A stretch of 62,364 nt of DNA from Coriobacteriia bacterium (GCA_031292615.1 JARLGT010000122.1:1-62364); one strand, 5' to 3'. Positions 18,864 to 29,584 are shown, numbered from the stretch's first letter. The notes: a model not told the origin generated them from the sequence alone. Made by a program: numbers and translations.

Positions 18864-20117
18864 ATGTTCTATCGCAAGACTGTGCTTGATAACGGCGTCA
18901 CGGTCATCTCCGAGCCTATGGACTCGGTTCGCTCGATCACGCTCGGCATCTGGTTCGCCGTTGGGAGCCGCGACGAGTCGGCCCCCGAGGCCGGCATGTC
19001 CCACTTCATGGAGCACATGATGTTCAAGGGCACGCCGACTCGCTCCGCGCGCACGATCTCCGAGGAGTTCGACCGCATCGGCGCGGAACTCAACGCGTTT
19101 ACGAGCAAGGAGTACACGGCGTACTACAGCCGCTTCGTCGACGAGCACCTCGAGAAGGCCTTCGACATCTTGGCCGACATGGTGGTCAACGCCAATCTCG
19201 ACGACCCGAGCTGCATCTCCGAGCGCGAAGTGGTAATCGAGGAGATCGCTCGGATGGAGGACACCCCCGACGATCAGATACACGAGCTGTTCAGCAACGC
19301 GCTGTGGCCCGAGCATCCCATCGGCCTGCCGATTCTCGGCTCGCGCGAGACGGTGGGCGGCTTCGACCACCTGCAGTCGGTCGCCTTCCGCAACCGCCAC
19401 TACCTGACCGGCAACGCGGTTGTTGCCGCAGCCGGAAGCGTCGACCACGACGCGCTCGTCAGACTCGCCGAGGACAAGCTCGGCGCCATGGCCAACGGCC
19501 CGCGCTCAGTGCGCCCCGTCGCACACGCGGTCAGCGTCCCGCGCCTCACCGTGCTGCACAAGGACACCGAGCAGGCGCACATCTGCTACGGCGTCTCGAC
19601 CATGAACGCGCATCACCCCGACCGCTTTGCTCTGTCGCTGCTCGATGCAGTGCTCGGCGGTGGAATGGCGTCTCGGCTGTTCCAGGAGATCCGCGAGAAG
19701 CGCGGGCTGGCGTACTCGGTCTACAGCTTCTCGGCGCTGTACCAGGACACCGGCGAGTTCGCCGTCTATGCAGGCACGCGCCCGAGCAACGCCGAGGAGG
19801 TCGTGGGCCTCATCCGCACTGAACTCGACCGCGTGGCCAGCGATGGAGTAACGCCCGACGAGCTCGACCGCGTTCGCCAGGCGTCGACGGGCCACCTCGT
19901 GCTCGGCATGGAGTCCACCCGCAATCGCATGACGCGCCTTGGCCGCAACGAGGTCACCGGCGGCGAGATCCTCTCGGCTGACGAGATCATGGAGCGTTAC
20001 GACGCGGTGACGATGGACGACCTGCGCCGCGTCTCTGCCGAGGTCCTCTCCGCCGAGAAGGTGCTGGCCGTCATCGGCCCGTTCACGCCCGAGAAGCTCG
20101 AGCACCTCGTCAAGTAG
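18864..20117 (+). CDS. M16 family zinc peptidase (insulinase/PepR-like)
   Basis: Inverted zinc motif HFMEH followed by a downstream Glu region. 417 aa. GAGGAG precedes the ATG. Confidence 0.9.
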   Translation: MFYRKTVLDNGVTVISEPMDSVRSITLGIWFAVGSRDESAPEAGMSHFMEHMMFKGTPTRSARTISEEFDRIGAELNAFTSKEYTAYYSRFVDEHLEKAFDILADMVVNANLDDPSCISEREVVIEEIARMEDTPDDQIHELFSNALWPEHPIGLPILGSRETVGGFDHLQSVAFRNRHYLTGNAVVAAAGSVDHDALVRLAEDKLGAMANGPRSVRPVAHAVSVPRLTVLHKDTEQAHICYGVSTMNAHHPDRFALSLLDAVLGGGMASRLFQEIREKRGLAYSVYSFSALYQDTGEFAVYAGTRPSNAEEVVGLIRTELDRVASDGVTPDELDRVRQASTGHLVLGMESTRNRMTRLGRNEVTGGEILSADEIMERYDAVTMDDLRRVSAEVLSAEKVLAVIGPFTPEKLEHLVK

Positions 20118-20159
20118 GTTCGCGTCGCCGTCCAACCCCGAATCCCGAAGGACACAGCC

Positions 20160-20951
20160 ATGATTCGAGTTCTCGTGTCAGGTGCCGCCGGCAAGGTAGG
20201 CAGCGAGGTCGTGCGCGCCGTTGCCGACGCATACGACATGGAGGTCGTAGCCGCGGTCGATCCGGGCATCTCCGGCTGCCTCGTGCCGACCGCAAGCGGC
20301 GAGCACGTCGAGTGCCGAGCAGATCTCGCGATGGCCATCGAGGGCACAAGACCTGACGTCATGGTCGACTTCACGCATCCCACGGTCGTCGAGGGTAACC
20401 TGCGCGTCGCGCTGGCCGCTGGTGTCGACTGCGTAGTGGGTACCACCGGCCTCTCCGAGCAAAAGCTTGCCGAGCTGGCCGCGCTTGCTCCTGCGGGCAC
20501 GACGCTGTTCTTCGCGCCCAACTTTGCGATCGGCGCGGTGCTCATGATGCAGTTCGCCCAGCAGGCCGCGCGCTTCATGCCCTACGTCGAGGTCACCGAG
20601 CTGCATCACGACAAGAAGGCCGACTCCCCGTCAGGTACCGCCATCCGCACGGCTCGCATGATCGCCGCCGCCCGTGGCGAGGCGCCGAGCGTGCCGGGCC
20701 GAGAGACCGAGCTGCCGGGCATGGAGGGCGCGCGTGGTGCTGTCGTCGACGGCGTGCACGTGCACTCGGTGCGCCTGCCCGGGCTCGTCGCGCACCAGGA
20801 AGTGCTGTTCGGCGGTCAGGGTCAGACGCTAACGATCCGCCACGACTCCATCGACCGCACGAGCTTCATGCCTGGCGTGGTGCTGGCTGTGCGCGAAGTC
20901 GGCGCCCGCAGCGGGCTGATCGTGGGCCTCGAGAACCTGATGGGAGAGTAG
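20160..20951 (+). CDS. dapB: 4-hydroxy-tetrahydrodipicolinate reductase
   Basis: N-terminal VSGAAGKVG Rossmann fold. ELHHDKKADSPSGTA signature. Confidence 0.93.
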   Translation: MIRVLVSGAAGKVGSEVVRAVADAYDMEVVAAVDPGISGCLVPTASGEHVECRADLAMAIEGTRPDVMVDFTHPTVVEGNLRVALAAGVDCVVGTTGLSEQKLAELAALAPAGTTLFFAPNFAIGAVLMMQFAQQAARFMPYVEVTELHHDKKADSPSGTAIRTARMIAAARGEAPSVPGRETELPGMEGARGAVVDGVHVHSVRLPGLVAHQEVLFGGQGQTLTIRHDSIDRTSFMPGVVLAVREVGARSGLIVGLENLMGE

Positions 20952-20952
20952 T

Positions 20953-22173
20953 GTGACTGAGCGCAAGCCGATCGTCGTCATGAAGTTCGGCGGGACGTCG
21001 GTGGCGGACGCCACGGGGCGCGCCGCAATCGCCGCCCGCGTGCAGGCAGCACTCGAGCTTGGCCGCGCTGCGGTGGTCGTCGTCTCGGCGATGGGGCGCA
21101 AGGGCGCGCCGTACGCCACCGACACGCTGCTCGACCTCGTCGATGCATTTCCCGCCGAGCCGCACGAGACAGACCTGCTCGCCAGCGTGGGCGAGGTCAT
21201 CTCGGCGGTCGTGGTCGCACATGAGCTGCGTGGAGCGGGTATTCCCGCAGTCGCGTTTACCGGCGCCGAGGCTGGCATCCTGACAGACGGCGTCCTGGGC
21301 GACGCCTCGATTACCGAGGTCCATCCGGGCACGCTACTGGCCGCCATCGACGAGGGCAAGGTCCCCGTCGTCGCCGGCTTTCAGGGTATCGCCGAGAACG
21401 GCTGTCTGACCACGCTGGGCCGCGGCGGCAGCGACACCACCGCATGCGCGCTAGGCGTGGCGCTCGAAGCCGAGGAGGTCGGCATCTACACCGACGTGGA
21501 CGGAGTGATGACCGCCGACCCGCGAACCTGCGACGGCGCTGAAGTGCTCGAGGTCATCTCGGCAGAAGAACTGTTCCAGATGGCGCGTGCGGGTTCGCGC
21601 GTCGTGCACACGCCCGCGGCCGAGCTCGCACTCTCAAGCGGGGTCGCGATGCGCGTGCGCAACACCTTCAGCGACCACGAGGGCACGCTGGTGGCCGACA
21701 TCGCCGGCTACCGGCCCACGAGTGTGGCTACCGCCGTGAGCCACACGACCGGCATCGCACGGATGCGTGTCGCGTTGGGCGCGCATGAGGGCACGCTGGG
21801 GCACATGGCGGCTCAGACCCGCGTCTACCGCGCGATGGCAGATGCTGGCGTGTCGCTGGACATGTTCACGCCAATCGGCGACGCACTGATCTTCACCGTC
21901 GCCGAGCCGGTCTTGGACCGCGCTGCCGAGGTCATCCACGGGCTTGGGCTGTTGCACCAGTCGCACCGCGGGCTGTCGAAAGTCACGCTCGTTGGTGCAG
22001 GCATGCACGGTGTGCCGGGCGTCATGGCCCGCATGTCCGAGTACCTTGTGACCGCTGGCGTCGACGTCTATCAGTCTGCCGACTCGCACACCACTATCAG
22101 CGTCCTGGTCCCCGCCGAGCAGACCGAAGTTGCCGTGCGCGCGCTGCACGATGGCTTCGCGCTGGGCGACTAG
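20953..22173 (+). CDS. lysC: Aspartate kinase
   Basis: GTG start 1 nt after the dapB stop. VVMKFGGTSVAD kinase motif, with an ACT-like C-terminal half. Confidence 0.9.
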   Translation: MTERKPIVVMKFGGTSVADATGRAAIAARVQAALELGRAAVVVVSAMGRKGAPYATDTLLDLVDAFPAEPHETDLLASVGEVISAVVVAHELRGAGIPAVAFTGAEAGILTDGVLGDASITEVHPGTLLAAIDEGKVPVVAGFQGIAENGCLTTLGRGGSDTTACALGVALEAEEVGIYTDVDGVMTADPRTCDGAEVLEVISAEELFQMARAGSRVVHTPAAELALSSGVAMRVRNTFSDHEGTLVADIAGYRPTSVATAVSHTTGIARMRVALGAHEGTLGHMAAQTRVYRAMADAGVSLDMFTPIGDALIFTVAEPVLDRAAEVIHGLGLLHQSHRGLSKVTLVGAGMHGVPGVMARMSEYLVTAGVDVYQSADSHTTISVLVPAEQTEVAVRALHDGFALGD

Positions 22174-22181
22174 CACCCAAG

Positions 22182-22715
22182 ATGCGCCCCGTCATTCTCT
22201 ACATCACCGCGTCCTTGGACGGGTTCATCGCCGAGCCAGGCGGGGGCATGGGTTGGCTCGACGGGGCCTCGTCTGCCGACACCGACTTCGGATACGCGGA
22301 GTTCTACGCATCGATCGACACGATGCTCATGGGTAGCGCCACCTACGAGTTCCTGTTGCGCGAGGCCGACCCGTTCCCGCACGCCAACCGCGAGGTCTTC
22401 GTCTTCGTCAGCCGAGACCTTCCGCTCGCAGCAGAGAGTGTGGCCCTCGTCCGCGCCGACGCGGCCGAGTTCGTCCGCAATGTGAAGGCCCGCGAGGGCG
22501 GTACTATCTGGCTCGTCGGTGGCGGCAAACTCAACTCTTCGCTGCTCGATGCCGGGCTCATCGATGAGATCCAGCTGTTCGTGCAGCCCGTGGTACTCGG
22601 CGGGGGAGTGCCGCTCTTCGCCTCGCCTAACACGGGCGCTCGACTAACGCTCGAGACGACCCTTCAGTGGCCGCTCGGAGTCGTTGAGCTGCGGTATCGT
22701 CTCGCCGAGGCGTAG
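22182..22715 (+). CDS. Dihydrofolate reductase-like (RibD C-terminal domain) family protein
   Basis: MRPVILYITASLDGFIAEPGG...WLVGGGKL pattern of the RibD_C family. Confidence 0.75.
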   Translation: MRPVILYITASLDGFIAEPGGGMGWLDGASSADTDFGYAEFYASIDTMLMGSATYEFLLREADPFPHANREVFVFVSRDLPLAAESVALVRADAAEFVRNVKAREGGTIWLVGGGKLNSSLLDAGLIDEIQLFVQPVVLGGGVPLFASPNTGARLTLETTLQWPLGVVELRYRLAEA

Positions 22716-22855
22716 CATTAGGCTTCGCAACACCTCGGTTACGCGGGGCGCGTGCGACGACGTGTGTCAGAGCGCTGTGTCACAATGGAACCCACACAAG
22801 GCACTCGCGCACCCGCATCCAACCTGCGGGCTCTGTTGATTAGGGGACACGTCAG

Positions 22856-23749
22856 ATGAGTACGCCGCGCTTCGGCCGCATGATCACAGCCATGGTCACG
22901 CCGTTCTCCGCCGACCTCGAGCTCGACCTTACGCGGGCTCAGGAGCTCGCTCTCAAGCTCGTGGCCGATGGCAGCGACGCGCTGGTCGTGTGCGGCACCA
23001 CGGGCGAGTCGCCAACCGTGTTCTATCCGCAGAAGATCGAGCTCTTCAAGGCAGTCATCGAGGCTGTGGGCGGCAAGGTGCCGATCATCGCTAACGCTGG
23101 CGACAACTGCACGGCCGACTCGGTCGACTTCGCCCGTGAGGTCGAGAAGCTCGGGGTCGACGGGATCATGGCCGTCGTCCCGTACTACAACAAGCCGCCA
23201 CAGGAGGGTCTGTACCGCCACTTCCGCACGATTGCGGAGTCGGTCGATCTGCCGGTCGTTCTGTACAACATCCCCGGTCGCAGCGTTATCAACATGACCG
23301 CCGAGACCACCCTGCGCCTCGCGCACGACGTCGAGAACATCGTGGCGGTCAAAGAAGCCAGCGGCAACTTCAGCCAGATCGGCGAGATTGCGCACGGAGC
23401 GCCGGATGGCTTTGAGGTCCTCTCGGGCAACGACGAGGACACACTCCCGCTCATGGCGCTGGGCGGAACCGGCGTGATCTCAGTGATCAGCCACATCGCC
23501 GGGCCGCGCTTCAAGGAGATGGTCATGGCTCAGGCCGCAGGTGACCATACAAAGGCACTGAGAATCCACCTCGAGTTGCTGCCGCTCATGAAGACGCTCT
23601 TCATGACGAGCAACCCGATCATGGTCAAGAAGGGTCTTGAGCTCCAAGGCTTCCCGGTGGGAGGCCTCAGGCTGCCCCTAATCGACGCTGACGAAGCTCA
23701 GACTGCGGAGTTGGCACGAGTCATGCGCCATACAGGGCTACTGGACTAA
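22856..23749 (+). CDS. dapA: 4-hydroxy-tetrahydrodipicolinate synthase
   Basis: GTTGESPT motif, YNIPGRS, and a Schiff-base Lys region (VAVKEASG). 297 aa. Confidence 0.94.
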   Translation: MSTPRFGRMITAMVTPFSADLELDLTRAQELALKLVADGSDALVVCGTTGESPTVFYPQKIELFKAVIEAVGGKVPIIANAGDNCTADSVDFAREVEKLGVDGIMAVVPYYNKPPQEGLYRHFRTIAESVDLPVVLYNIPGRSVINMTAETTLRLAHDVENIVAVKEASGNFSQIGEIAHGAPDGFEVLSGNDEDTLPLMALGGTGVISVISHIAGPRFKEMVMAQAAGDHTKALRIHLELLPLMKTLFMTSNPIMVKKGLELQGFPVGGLRLPLIDADEAQTAELARVMRHTGLLD

Positions 23750-23758
23750 CGACTGCTT

Positions 23759-23786
23759 CGGGCGGCGGCAACGCCGCCCGTTTGAT
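23759..23786 (+). terminator. Intrinsic terminator after dapA
   Basis: CGGGCGGCG-GCAA-CGCCGCCCG followed by TTTGAT. Confidence 0.8.
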
Positions 23787-23911
23787 ATCTGGAGCACGAC
23801 CGACTCCGCCGCCCGACAAGGGTGACGGTTAGCACGTACAGAATGCGGCGCACGTTTGAGCCGCGCGTTTGGCCGCATTCCCGCGGCCGAGAGGAGATTC
23901 GCCGAATACCT

Positions 23912-25582
23912 ATGACCCAGAAACCAGAACGTCTTCGCGTCATCCCGCTTGGTGGGCTCGACGAGATCGGTAAGAACATGACCGTGTTCGAGTACGGCAA
24001 CGACATGATCTTGGTCGATGCCGGCATCATGTTCCCCGACGACGATCACCCCGGTGTGGACTTGATCCTGCCCGACTTCTCCTACGTCACCAAGCGCAAG
24101 GACAAGCTGCGGGCCATCATCATCACGCACGGTCACGAGGACCACACCGGAGCGCTCCCGTACCTACTCAAGGACCTCGATAGGCAGATCCCGGTCCTAG
24201 GCACCAAGCTCACCTTGGGCTTGATCCAGGGCAAGCTTGAGGAGCACAAGCTCAAGAAGACCAAGCTGCGCGAGGTCAAGGCGGGCAGCCACGTCTCGCT
24301 CGGCCCCTTCGGTTGCGACTTCTTCGCCGTCAACCACTCAATCCCAGACGCGGTCGGCATCTTCATTCGCACCCCCGTGGCCAACGTCGTCCACACGGGC
24401 GACTTCAAGCTCGACCAGACCCCGATAGACGGTCGCATGACCGACTACGGCGCGCTGTGTAAGTTCGGCAAGGTGGGCGTCGACCTCCTGATGTCAGACT
24501 CCACCAACGCCGAGACCCCCGGCATCACAGCCTCCGAGGCCTCGGTGGGCGACGCTTTGCGCGACATCATCGGCAAGGCCGAGCAGCGCGTTATCGTGGC
24601 GTCGTTCTCGAGCCACATCCACCGCATCCAGCAGGTCTGCGATGCCGCAGTCGACGCTGGACGCAAGATCGTCGTCACCGGGCGCTCCATGATTACCAAC
24701 ACCAAGATCGCCCGCGAACTTGGCTACCTCGTCATCGCCGACGAGAACATCGTCGACGCCTACGACGCGCACGGACTGCCGCCCGAGAAGGTCGTGGTCA
24801 TGTGCACCGGTAGCCAAGGCGAGCCTCTTTCGGCCCTCGCGCGTATGGCCAACGGCGACCACAAGACCGTCTCAGTCGAGCGCGGCGACACCGTGATTAT
24901 CTCGGCGACACCGGTACCCGGCAACGAGAAAGCCGTCAGCCGCGTCATCAACCGGCTTGCCAAGGCGGGCGCGATTCTCAAGCACAAGAGCAACGCTAAG
25001 GTCCACGTCTCGGGTCACGCGGGTTCTGAAGAGCTCAAGCTCATGTTGAACCTCGTGCAGCCGACGTTCTTCATGCCTATCCATGGCGAGACGCGCCACC
25101 TGACTGCCCACGCTCGCCTCGCCGAATCAGTCGGCATGTATACCGAGGACATCTTCGTACTGGACAACGGCGACTGCCTCGAGCTCGGGCCCAATGGAGC
25201 CCTGGTCAGCGAGCGCGTCGAGCATGGCGTCGTGTACGTGGACGGCCTTGGGGTGGGCGATGTCGGCAACGTGGTCCTTCGCGACCGCCAGCTGCTTGCG
25301 CAGGACGGAATCGCCACGGTCGTGATCACAATCGACGGCCAGACCGGCAAGGTGATCGGCGAGCCGGAACTCGTTACGCGCGGCATCGTTTTCGGTGCCG
25401 AGGGCGACGCCCTGATGGCCGAGGCCCGCGCACGAGTGGCCAAGACGCTCGCGAAGACTGCCAAGGAAGGCGCCACCGATCAAGCTGTTATCAAGAATGC
25501 GGTTCGAGAGTCGCTTTCGCAGCTCCTGTGGGAGAAGATTCGCCGTCGTCCGATGATCATTCCAGTCGTCATGGAGGTCTAG
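23912..25582 (+). CDS. rnj: Ribonuclease J
   Basis: ATG 23912 (MTQKPERLRVIPLGGLDEIGKNM). Metallo-beta-lactamase HGHEDHTG, beta-CASP and C-terminal domain. 556 aa. Confidence 0.93.
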   Translation: MTQKPERLRVIPLGGLDEIGKNMTVFEYGNDMILVDAGIMFPDDDHPGVDLILPDFSYVTKRKDKLRAIIITHGHEDHTGALPYLLKDLDRQIPVLGTKLTLGLIQGKLEEHKLKKTKLREVKAGSHVSLGPFGCDFFAVNHSIPDAVGIFIRTPVANVVHTGDFKLDQTPIDGRMTDYGALCKFGKVGVDLLMSDSTNAETPGITASEASVGDALRDIIGKAEQRVIVASFSSHIHRIQQVCDAAVDAGRKIVVTGRSMITNTKIARELGYLVIADENIVDAYDAHGLPPEKVVVMCTGSQGEPLSALARMANGDHKTVSVERGDTVIISATPVPGNEKAVSRVINRLAKAGAILKHKSNAKVHVSGHAGSEELKLMLNLVQPTFFMPIHGETRHLTAHARLAESVGMYTEDIFVLDNGDCLELGPNGALVSERVEHGVVYVDGLGVGDVGNVVLRDRQLLAQDGIATVVITIDGQTGKVIGEPELVTRGIVFGAEGDALMAEARARVAKTLAKTAKEGATDQAVIKNAVRESLSQLLWEKIRRRPMIIPVVMEV

Positions 25583-25585
25583 CCA

Positions 25586-26482
25586 GTGACCCATGTTTGG
25601 GCCGTTGTTCTCGGCTGCGTTCAAGGCCTCGCCGAGTTCCTTCCAATCTCGTCGACCGCACACCTCAAACTCGTTCCGTGGCTCTTCCAAGTTCGCGACC
25701 CCATGCTGTCCAGCGCGGCGTTCGATATCGCGCTGCACGCCGGTAGTCTGGTCGCAATCCTGGCGGCGCTGTGGCGCGACTGGCTCGACATGTTTGTGGC
25801 AGCCTTTGGCGGCAAAGTCCCCGAGAGTCGTTCCGCTCTGGCCAGCGACTCACTGAAGCACCCAACGTTCGCGCGCAAGTTCATCGGGTTCTTGTTGCTG
25901 ACCTCGATTCCGGGTGGAATCTTCGGCGTGCTGCTTGAGTCCAAGCTCGAGTACCTGTCCACTCCGGATGTCGCAGGTCACGTGGCCAGCGGACTCGACG
26001 CTGCGACCTTCCACTACGCGCCGCTTCTGCTCGGAGTGTGCCTCGTCGTCTTCGGTGTCGTCCTGTGGGCCGCAGACCGGTTCGTGAAGCGAGCGGACCC
26101 GCTCGAGTCGATGAACTGGTGGAAGGCGCTCCTGATCGGCTTTGCTCAGGCGGCTGCGCTGATTCCCGGCGTCTCGCGCTCCGGCTCGACCATGACGGCG
26201 GGTCGCCTGCTCGGTATCGAGCGCGAGAGCGTAGCGCGCTACTCGTTCATGGCGGCGGCTCCCATCATCGCGGGTGCAGCCATCTTCGGTCTGCGCGACG
26301 TACCTCTGGCGCAGTTGCTCTCCGTGGACTGGGTGCTCGGCTTTGTCGCCGCGGCCGTGTCGTCGGTCCTGGTCATGCGGTGGATGCTCGCGTACGTGAA
26401 GAACCACTCGTTTGCGGTGTTCATGTGGTACCGCATCGCCTTCGGTGTGCTGGTGATCGGCGTATTCTTCCTGCGCGGATAG
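25586..26482 (+). CDS. uppP: Undecaprenyl-diphosphate phosphatase
   Basis: GTG start. GLAEFLPISSTAHL and PGVSRSGSTM motifs of the BacA/UppP family. Confidence 0.92.
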   Translation: MTHVWAVVLGCVQGLAEFLPISSTAHLKLVPWLFQVRDPMLSSAAFDIALHAGSLVAILAALWRDWLDMFVAAFGGKVPESRSALASDSLKHPTFARKFIGFLLLTSIPGGIFGVLLESKLEYLSTPDVAGHVASGLDAATFHYAPLLLGVCLVVFGVVLWAADRFVKRADPLESMNWWKALLIGFAQAAALIPGVSRSGSTMTAGRLLGIERESVARYSFMAAAPIIAGAAIFGLRDVPLAQLLSVDWVLGFVAAAVSSVLVMRWMLAYVKNHSFAVFMWYRIAFGVLVIGVFFLRG

Positions 26483-26576
26483 GCCACCGAGGTCGACGAA
26501 ACTCTATACTTGATTCCGCTAGGGATTCTCGTGACCGTCTCATTGCAGCCTGATTCGTAGTAGTAGGAGTCCGTGA

Positions 26577-28838
26577 ATGCCGTCATCCGGCGCGCAATCG
26601 AAGACCGGCAAGCGCAGCGCACCAGCGCGTAGCGGCTCACGCAGCGCAACTCGAAGAACCACCAGCAAGCCCGGGATGCTTGACGACCGCTCCAAGCGCG
26701 AGATCGTCGGGGTGGCCTTGGCGCTGATCGGCGTGGCGCTGCTCATATCCGTACTGAGCCGCCATACCGGCGTCGTGACCGACGCTGGCGCGCTTGGACT
26801 CAAGCTTGCCTTCGGAGTGGGCGCCTACTTGATTCCCGTCTTCCTCGTCCTCTGGGGCGTCAGCTTCTTCGTGCGCGCCGAGATCCACGAGATTCGAACG
26901 GGTATCGGCCTCGGGGTGATCGCATTGGCGGTCATCTCTATCGCTGCGCTCATGAGCCCCAGCAGGCACCTGTTCGAGGCAGCGGTGCTCTCCGCTCACG
27001 GCGGCTACGTCGGTGCCGGGGTGGCTTGGGCGCTCATTTCGACCACGGGCGCGACTATCGGCTATGTGCTCTTGAGCGGGCTGGTCATCGTGGGGCTTAT
27101 CATCACTGGGCTCTCAATCACGAGCCTCGTCGAGTGGGTCCGCGATGTCTTCGAGCGCGAGCCCGAGGCGCCCCGCGAGTCACGCTCGCGTCAGCGCGCG
27201 CCGCGCACCGTCCCGCTCGTCGGCGACGGCGCTGCCGAGACCGCGGTCGAGGCAGCGGCAGCTGATCTGGGTGTGAGACGCCGCAAGGCTGGCGACGGCC
27301 CGGATCCGGAGGCCGCGCGCAAGACCGTCCCCACGCCGCGCACTGTCTCGCCGCGGGCGATGGAGGGCTTCGTCTTGCCGCCGCTGACCATGCTGCATCA
27401 GACGCCCGCCGAGAGCGCGAGCAAGCACAAGGCGTCCGACGGCGAGCAGCGCGTCACCGCGACCGCAATCGCCGAGACACTTGCGACCTTCGACATCCCA
27501 GCACGCGTGGTCGACTTCGTTGCAGGTCCGACGGTCACCCTCTTCGAGGTCGAGATCGCCAAGGGCGTGCGCCTGTCGCGGGTCACGGCACTCGCCGATG
27601 ACCTCGCTCTGGCACTCGCGGCCTCGACGGTGCGCATTCTGGCGCCGATCCCCGGCAAATCACTGGTCGGAATCGAAGTACCCAACCAGCGCCGCTCGTC
27701 GGTCACGCTCGGCGACGTGCTCGCGCCTGCGGGCGAGGGCGGACCGCTTCTGCTCGGCATCGGCAAGGATGTCGCGGGTGCTCCGGTGCTTGCCGATCTC
27801 GCATTGATGCCGCACCTGCTGATCGGCGGTACGACGGGCTCGGGCAAGTCGGTTGCCATCAACGCCATGCTGATGTCGATCCTGCTGCGCACGACGCCCG
27901 CCGAGGTGCGCATGATCTTGATCGACCCCAAGCGTGTTGAGTTGGGGCTCTACAACAACGTGCCACACCTCTACGTGCCGGTCGTCACCGAACCCAAGGA
28001 AGCCGCAAGCGCCTTGGCCTGGTCGGTCTCTGAGATGGAGCGTCGGCTCAAGGTGCTGCAGGTTGCCGGCGTGCGCAATATTGGGGCTTACAACGCGCAG
28101 GTCCAGGACGGCAAGGGTCCCGAGGGCGCCGTCGAACTGCCGTACCTGGTGATCGTCATCGACGAGTTGGCCGACCTGATGATGGTCGCCGCCAAAGAGG
28201 TTGAGGACTCGATCGTGCGCATCGCGCAACTTGCGCGGGCCGCCGGCATCCACCTCATCGTCGCGACGCAGCGCCCCGAGGCCAACGTCGTAACCGGCAT
28301 CATCAAGGCCAACATCACCAACCGCATCGCCTTCAACGTGGCGAGTGCCATCGACAGCCGCGTCATCCTCGATCAGCCCGGCGCCGAGAAGCTCGTGGGC
28401 CTGGGTGACATGCTGTTCTCCACGCCGGCGTGGGCCAAGCCCAAGCGCATCCAAGGCTGCTACGTCGCCGAGAGCGAGATCGAGGAAGTGGTCGAGCACC
28501 TCAAGAAGCAGGGCGCACCCGACTACCACGAAGAGATCTTGCACCTGCGCGTCTCGTCGGTAGGCGGTGGCGTGGACTCGGGCGAAGACGACGACCCGCT
28601 CATCTGGGAGGCAGCCGATATCACGGTGACCAGCGGTCTTGGGTCGACGTCGATGCTGCAGCGCCGCCTCAAGGTGGGCTACGCGCGCGCAGGTCGCATC
28701 ATGGACATGCTCGAAGCCAAGGGCATCGTTGGCCCGCCGGATGGCAGCAAGCCCCGCGAGGTTCTGGTCGACATCGAAGAACTCGAATCAATCCGCGCCT
28801 TTGATCGCGAAGACCGCGAGAACGGGGGCCAGCAGTAA
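26577..28838 (+). CDS. ftsK: DNA translocase FtsK
   Basis: N-terminal TM helices, Pro/Arg linker, motor with Walker A GTTGSGKS, and a C-terminal gamma winged helix (SMLQRRLKVGYARAGRIMDMLE). Confidence 0.95.
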   Translation: MPSSGAQSKTGKRSAPARSGSRSATRRTTSKPGMLDDRSKREIVGVALALIGVALLISVLSRHTGVVTDAGALGLKLAFGVGAYLIPVFLVLWGVSFFVRAEIHEIRTGIGLGVIALAVISIAALMSPSRHLFEAAVLSAHGGYVGAGVAWALISTTGATIGYVLLSGLVIVGLIITGLSITSLVEWVRDVFEREPEAPRESRSRQRAPRTVPLVGDGAAETAVEAAAADLGVRRRKAGDGPDPEAARKTVPTPRTVSPRAMEGFVLPPLTMLHQTPAESASKHKASDGEQRVTATAIAETLATFDIPARVVDFVAGPTVTLFEVEIAKGVRLSRVTALADDLALALAASTVRILAPIPGKSLVGIEVPNQRRSSVTLGDVLAPAGEGGPLLLGIGKDVAGAPVLADLALMPHLLIGGTTGSGKSVAINAMLMSILLRTTPAEVRMILIDPKRVELGLYNNVPHLYVPVVTEPKEAASALAWSVSEMERRLKVLQVAGVRNIGAYNAQVQDGKGPEGAVELPYLVIVIDELADLMMVAAKEVEDSIVRIAQLARAAGIHLIVATQRPEANVVTGIIKANITNRIAFNVASAIDSRVILDQPGAEKLVGLGDMLFSTPAWAKPKRIQGCYVAESEIEEVVEHLKKQGAPDYHEEILHLRVSSVGGGVDSGEDDDPLIWEAADITVTSGLGSTSMLQRRLKVGYARAGRIMDMLEAKGIVGPPDGSKPREVLVDIEELESIRAFDREDRENGGQQ

Positions 28839-29539
28839 TGGGCCAGCTCGGCGATACGCTCCGTGATCGGCGAATCTCCCTCGGTATCTCGCTCGAGACG
28901 GCCGAGAACGACACGAAGATCCGCGCGCGCTTGCTCGAGGCACTGGAGGCGGGGGAGTACGACAAGCTTCCGAATCCTGGCTACGTGCGCGGCTACGTCT
29001 CGAGCTACTCGCGCTACCTCGAACTCGACCCGATCCCGCTCCTCGCGATGTATCGCGCCGAGACGGGCTCTGGACGATTCCACGACATCAACGTGCCCGA
29101 GCAGACGGTCGCGGCCCGAAACGAACAGCACGCCGTGCCCTGGCGAGTCGGCGTCATCGCATTCCTGATCGTGGCGGTACTGGTCGCGGGCAGCTGGGTG
29201 GTCTACAGAGCGCTCAAGGGCCCGTCCAAGCCACCACCCATCCCAGCAACCACCTCGGCGTCCACCGGCGTTACGCAGACCGCGGGCGTCTCCCAGCCGT
29301 TCACCGTCAAAGTGACGGTCTCATCAAATGGGGCATCGACCCTCAAGGCGACCGTCGATGGTGGCTCGGCGTTTAACGGCACGTTGACCGGCGGACAGAG
29401 CCAGACCTTCCAGGTCTCGCAGAACGTACAGCTCAAGATCGGCAAGCCGTCGCAGGTCACCGTGACGCGCGACGGCAAGAAGGTCGCGATCCCCGGTGCG
29501 GCGAACTCGTCGCTCACGATCACGGCGACCCAACCCTAA
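28838..29539 (+). CDS. RodZ-like helix-turn-helix membrane protein (XRE HTH + DUF4115-like C-terminus)
   Basis: TAATG overlap with ftsK. HTH LGDTLRDRRISLGISLETAENDTKIR, one TM helix, and a beta-rich C-terminal domain. Confidence 0.75.
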   Translation: MGQLGDTLRDRRISLGISLETAENDTKIRARLLEALEAGEYDKLPNPGYVRGYVSSYSRYLELDPIPLLAMYRAETGSGRFHDINVPEQTVAARNEQHAVPWRVGVIAFLIVAVLVAGSWVVYRALKGPSKPPPIPATTSASTGVTQTAGVSQPFTVKVTVSSNGASTLKATVDGGSAFNGTLTGGQSQTFQVSQNVQLKIGKPSQVTVTRDGKKVAIPGAANSSLTITATQP

Positions 29540-29584
29540 GCCCCAAGAACCCCCGTGTTCGACACCCAAGCAGAGGAGGGCCAG

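Noticed and set aside
22716-22855. Possible lysine (L-box) riboswitch upstream of dapA
   Set aside because: The region is too short, and none of the conserved L-box helices or AGAGGNGC-type core is visible.
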